Below are positions 63,562 to 64,000 of a stretch of 64,000 nt of DNA, piece by piece. Made by a program: the position numbers and the translations under genes. The stretch's first letter is position 1, and each line of letters begins with the position of its first letter. Source of the stretch: Octopus vulgaris (taxonomy: Eukaryota); NCBI GenBank assembly GCA_951406725.2, contig OX597818.1, forward strand, positions 15,500,001-15,564,000, written 5' to 3'. The notes below the pieces were generated by a model, which ran no database searches, was not told the DNA's origin, and saw only the letters and a list, made by a program, of their open reading frames with translations.

Positions 63562-64000
63562 ATCATCATCATCATCGTTTAACGTCCGCTTTCCATGCTA
63601 GCATGGGTTGGACGGTTCAACTGGGGTCTGGCGAGCCCGAAGGCTGCGCCAGGCCAGTCAGATCTGGCAGTGTTTCTACAGCTGGATGCCCTTCCTAACA
63701 CCAACCACTCCGAGAGTGTAGTGGGTGATTTTATGTGCCACCGATACAGGTGCCAGACGAGGCTGGCAGACGGCCACGCTCGGATGGTGTTTTTTATGTG
63801 CCACCGACACAGGTGCCAGACGAGGCTGGCAGACGGCCACGCTCGGATGGTGTTTTTTATGTGCCACCGACACAGGTGCCAGACAAAGCTGGCAGACGCC
63901 CACGCTCGGATGGTGTTTTTTATGTGCCACCGACACAGGTGCCAGACGAGGCTGGCAAACGGCCACGATCTGATGGTGTTTGTTACATGCCCACAGCACG
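63562..64000 (-). mobile_element. Retroposon 3' end with (GAT)n tail and internal 63-bp tandem repeat (~4 copies)
   Basis: CATCATCATCGTTTAACGTCCGCTTTCCATGCTAGCATGGG (also near 34040); TATGTGCCACC recurs at 63732 and 63795. Confidence 0.75.

Overview
AT-rich, repeat-dense eukaryotic DNA. The SINE families and (TA)n/(TACA)n/(AAT)n load look like an octopus (coleoid cephalopod) genome; this is inferred from recognition of the repeats, not from a search. The window lies inside one large minus-strand gene that is open at both ends. I assembled 19 GT-AG exons with matching phases (63265 down to 10897, about 1069 codons). They encode three ephrin-receptor-like Cys repeats, about 13 EGF modules and a pentraxin/LamG domain, i.e. 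an SVEP1/Uninflatable-like extracellular protein. The introns hold a young CR1/L2-group LINE, a 7.6-kb satellite with an 84-bp monomer, R4/Dong and RTE LINE remnants, mariner relics, hAT and piggyBac MITEs, Helitrons (one composite tandem duplication), many tRNA-derived SINEs, a U2 snRNA pseudogene and several Penelope-type minimal hammerhead ribozymes. The most unusual signal is a ~230-bp GC/CpG-rich insertion in the satellite (2484-2713). It carries all three catalytic strands of a hammerhead ribozyme, with correct stem I and stem III pairing, but in a non-circularly permuted order, inside a long rod-like fold.
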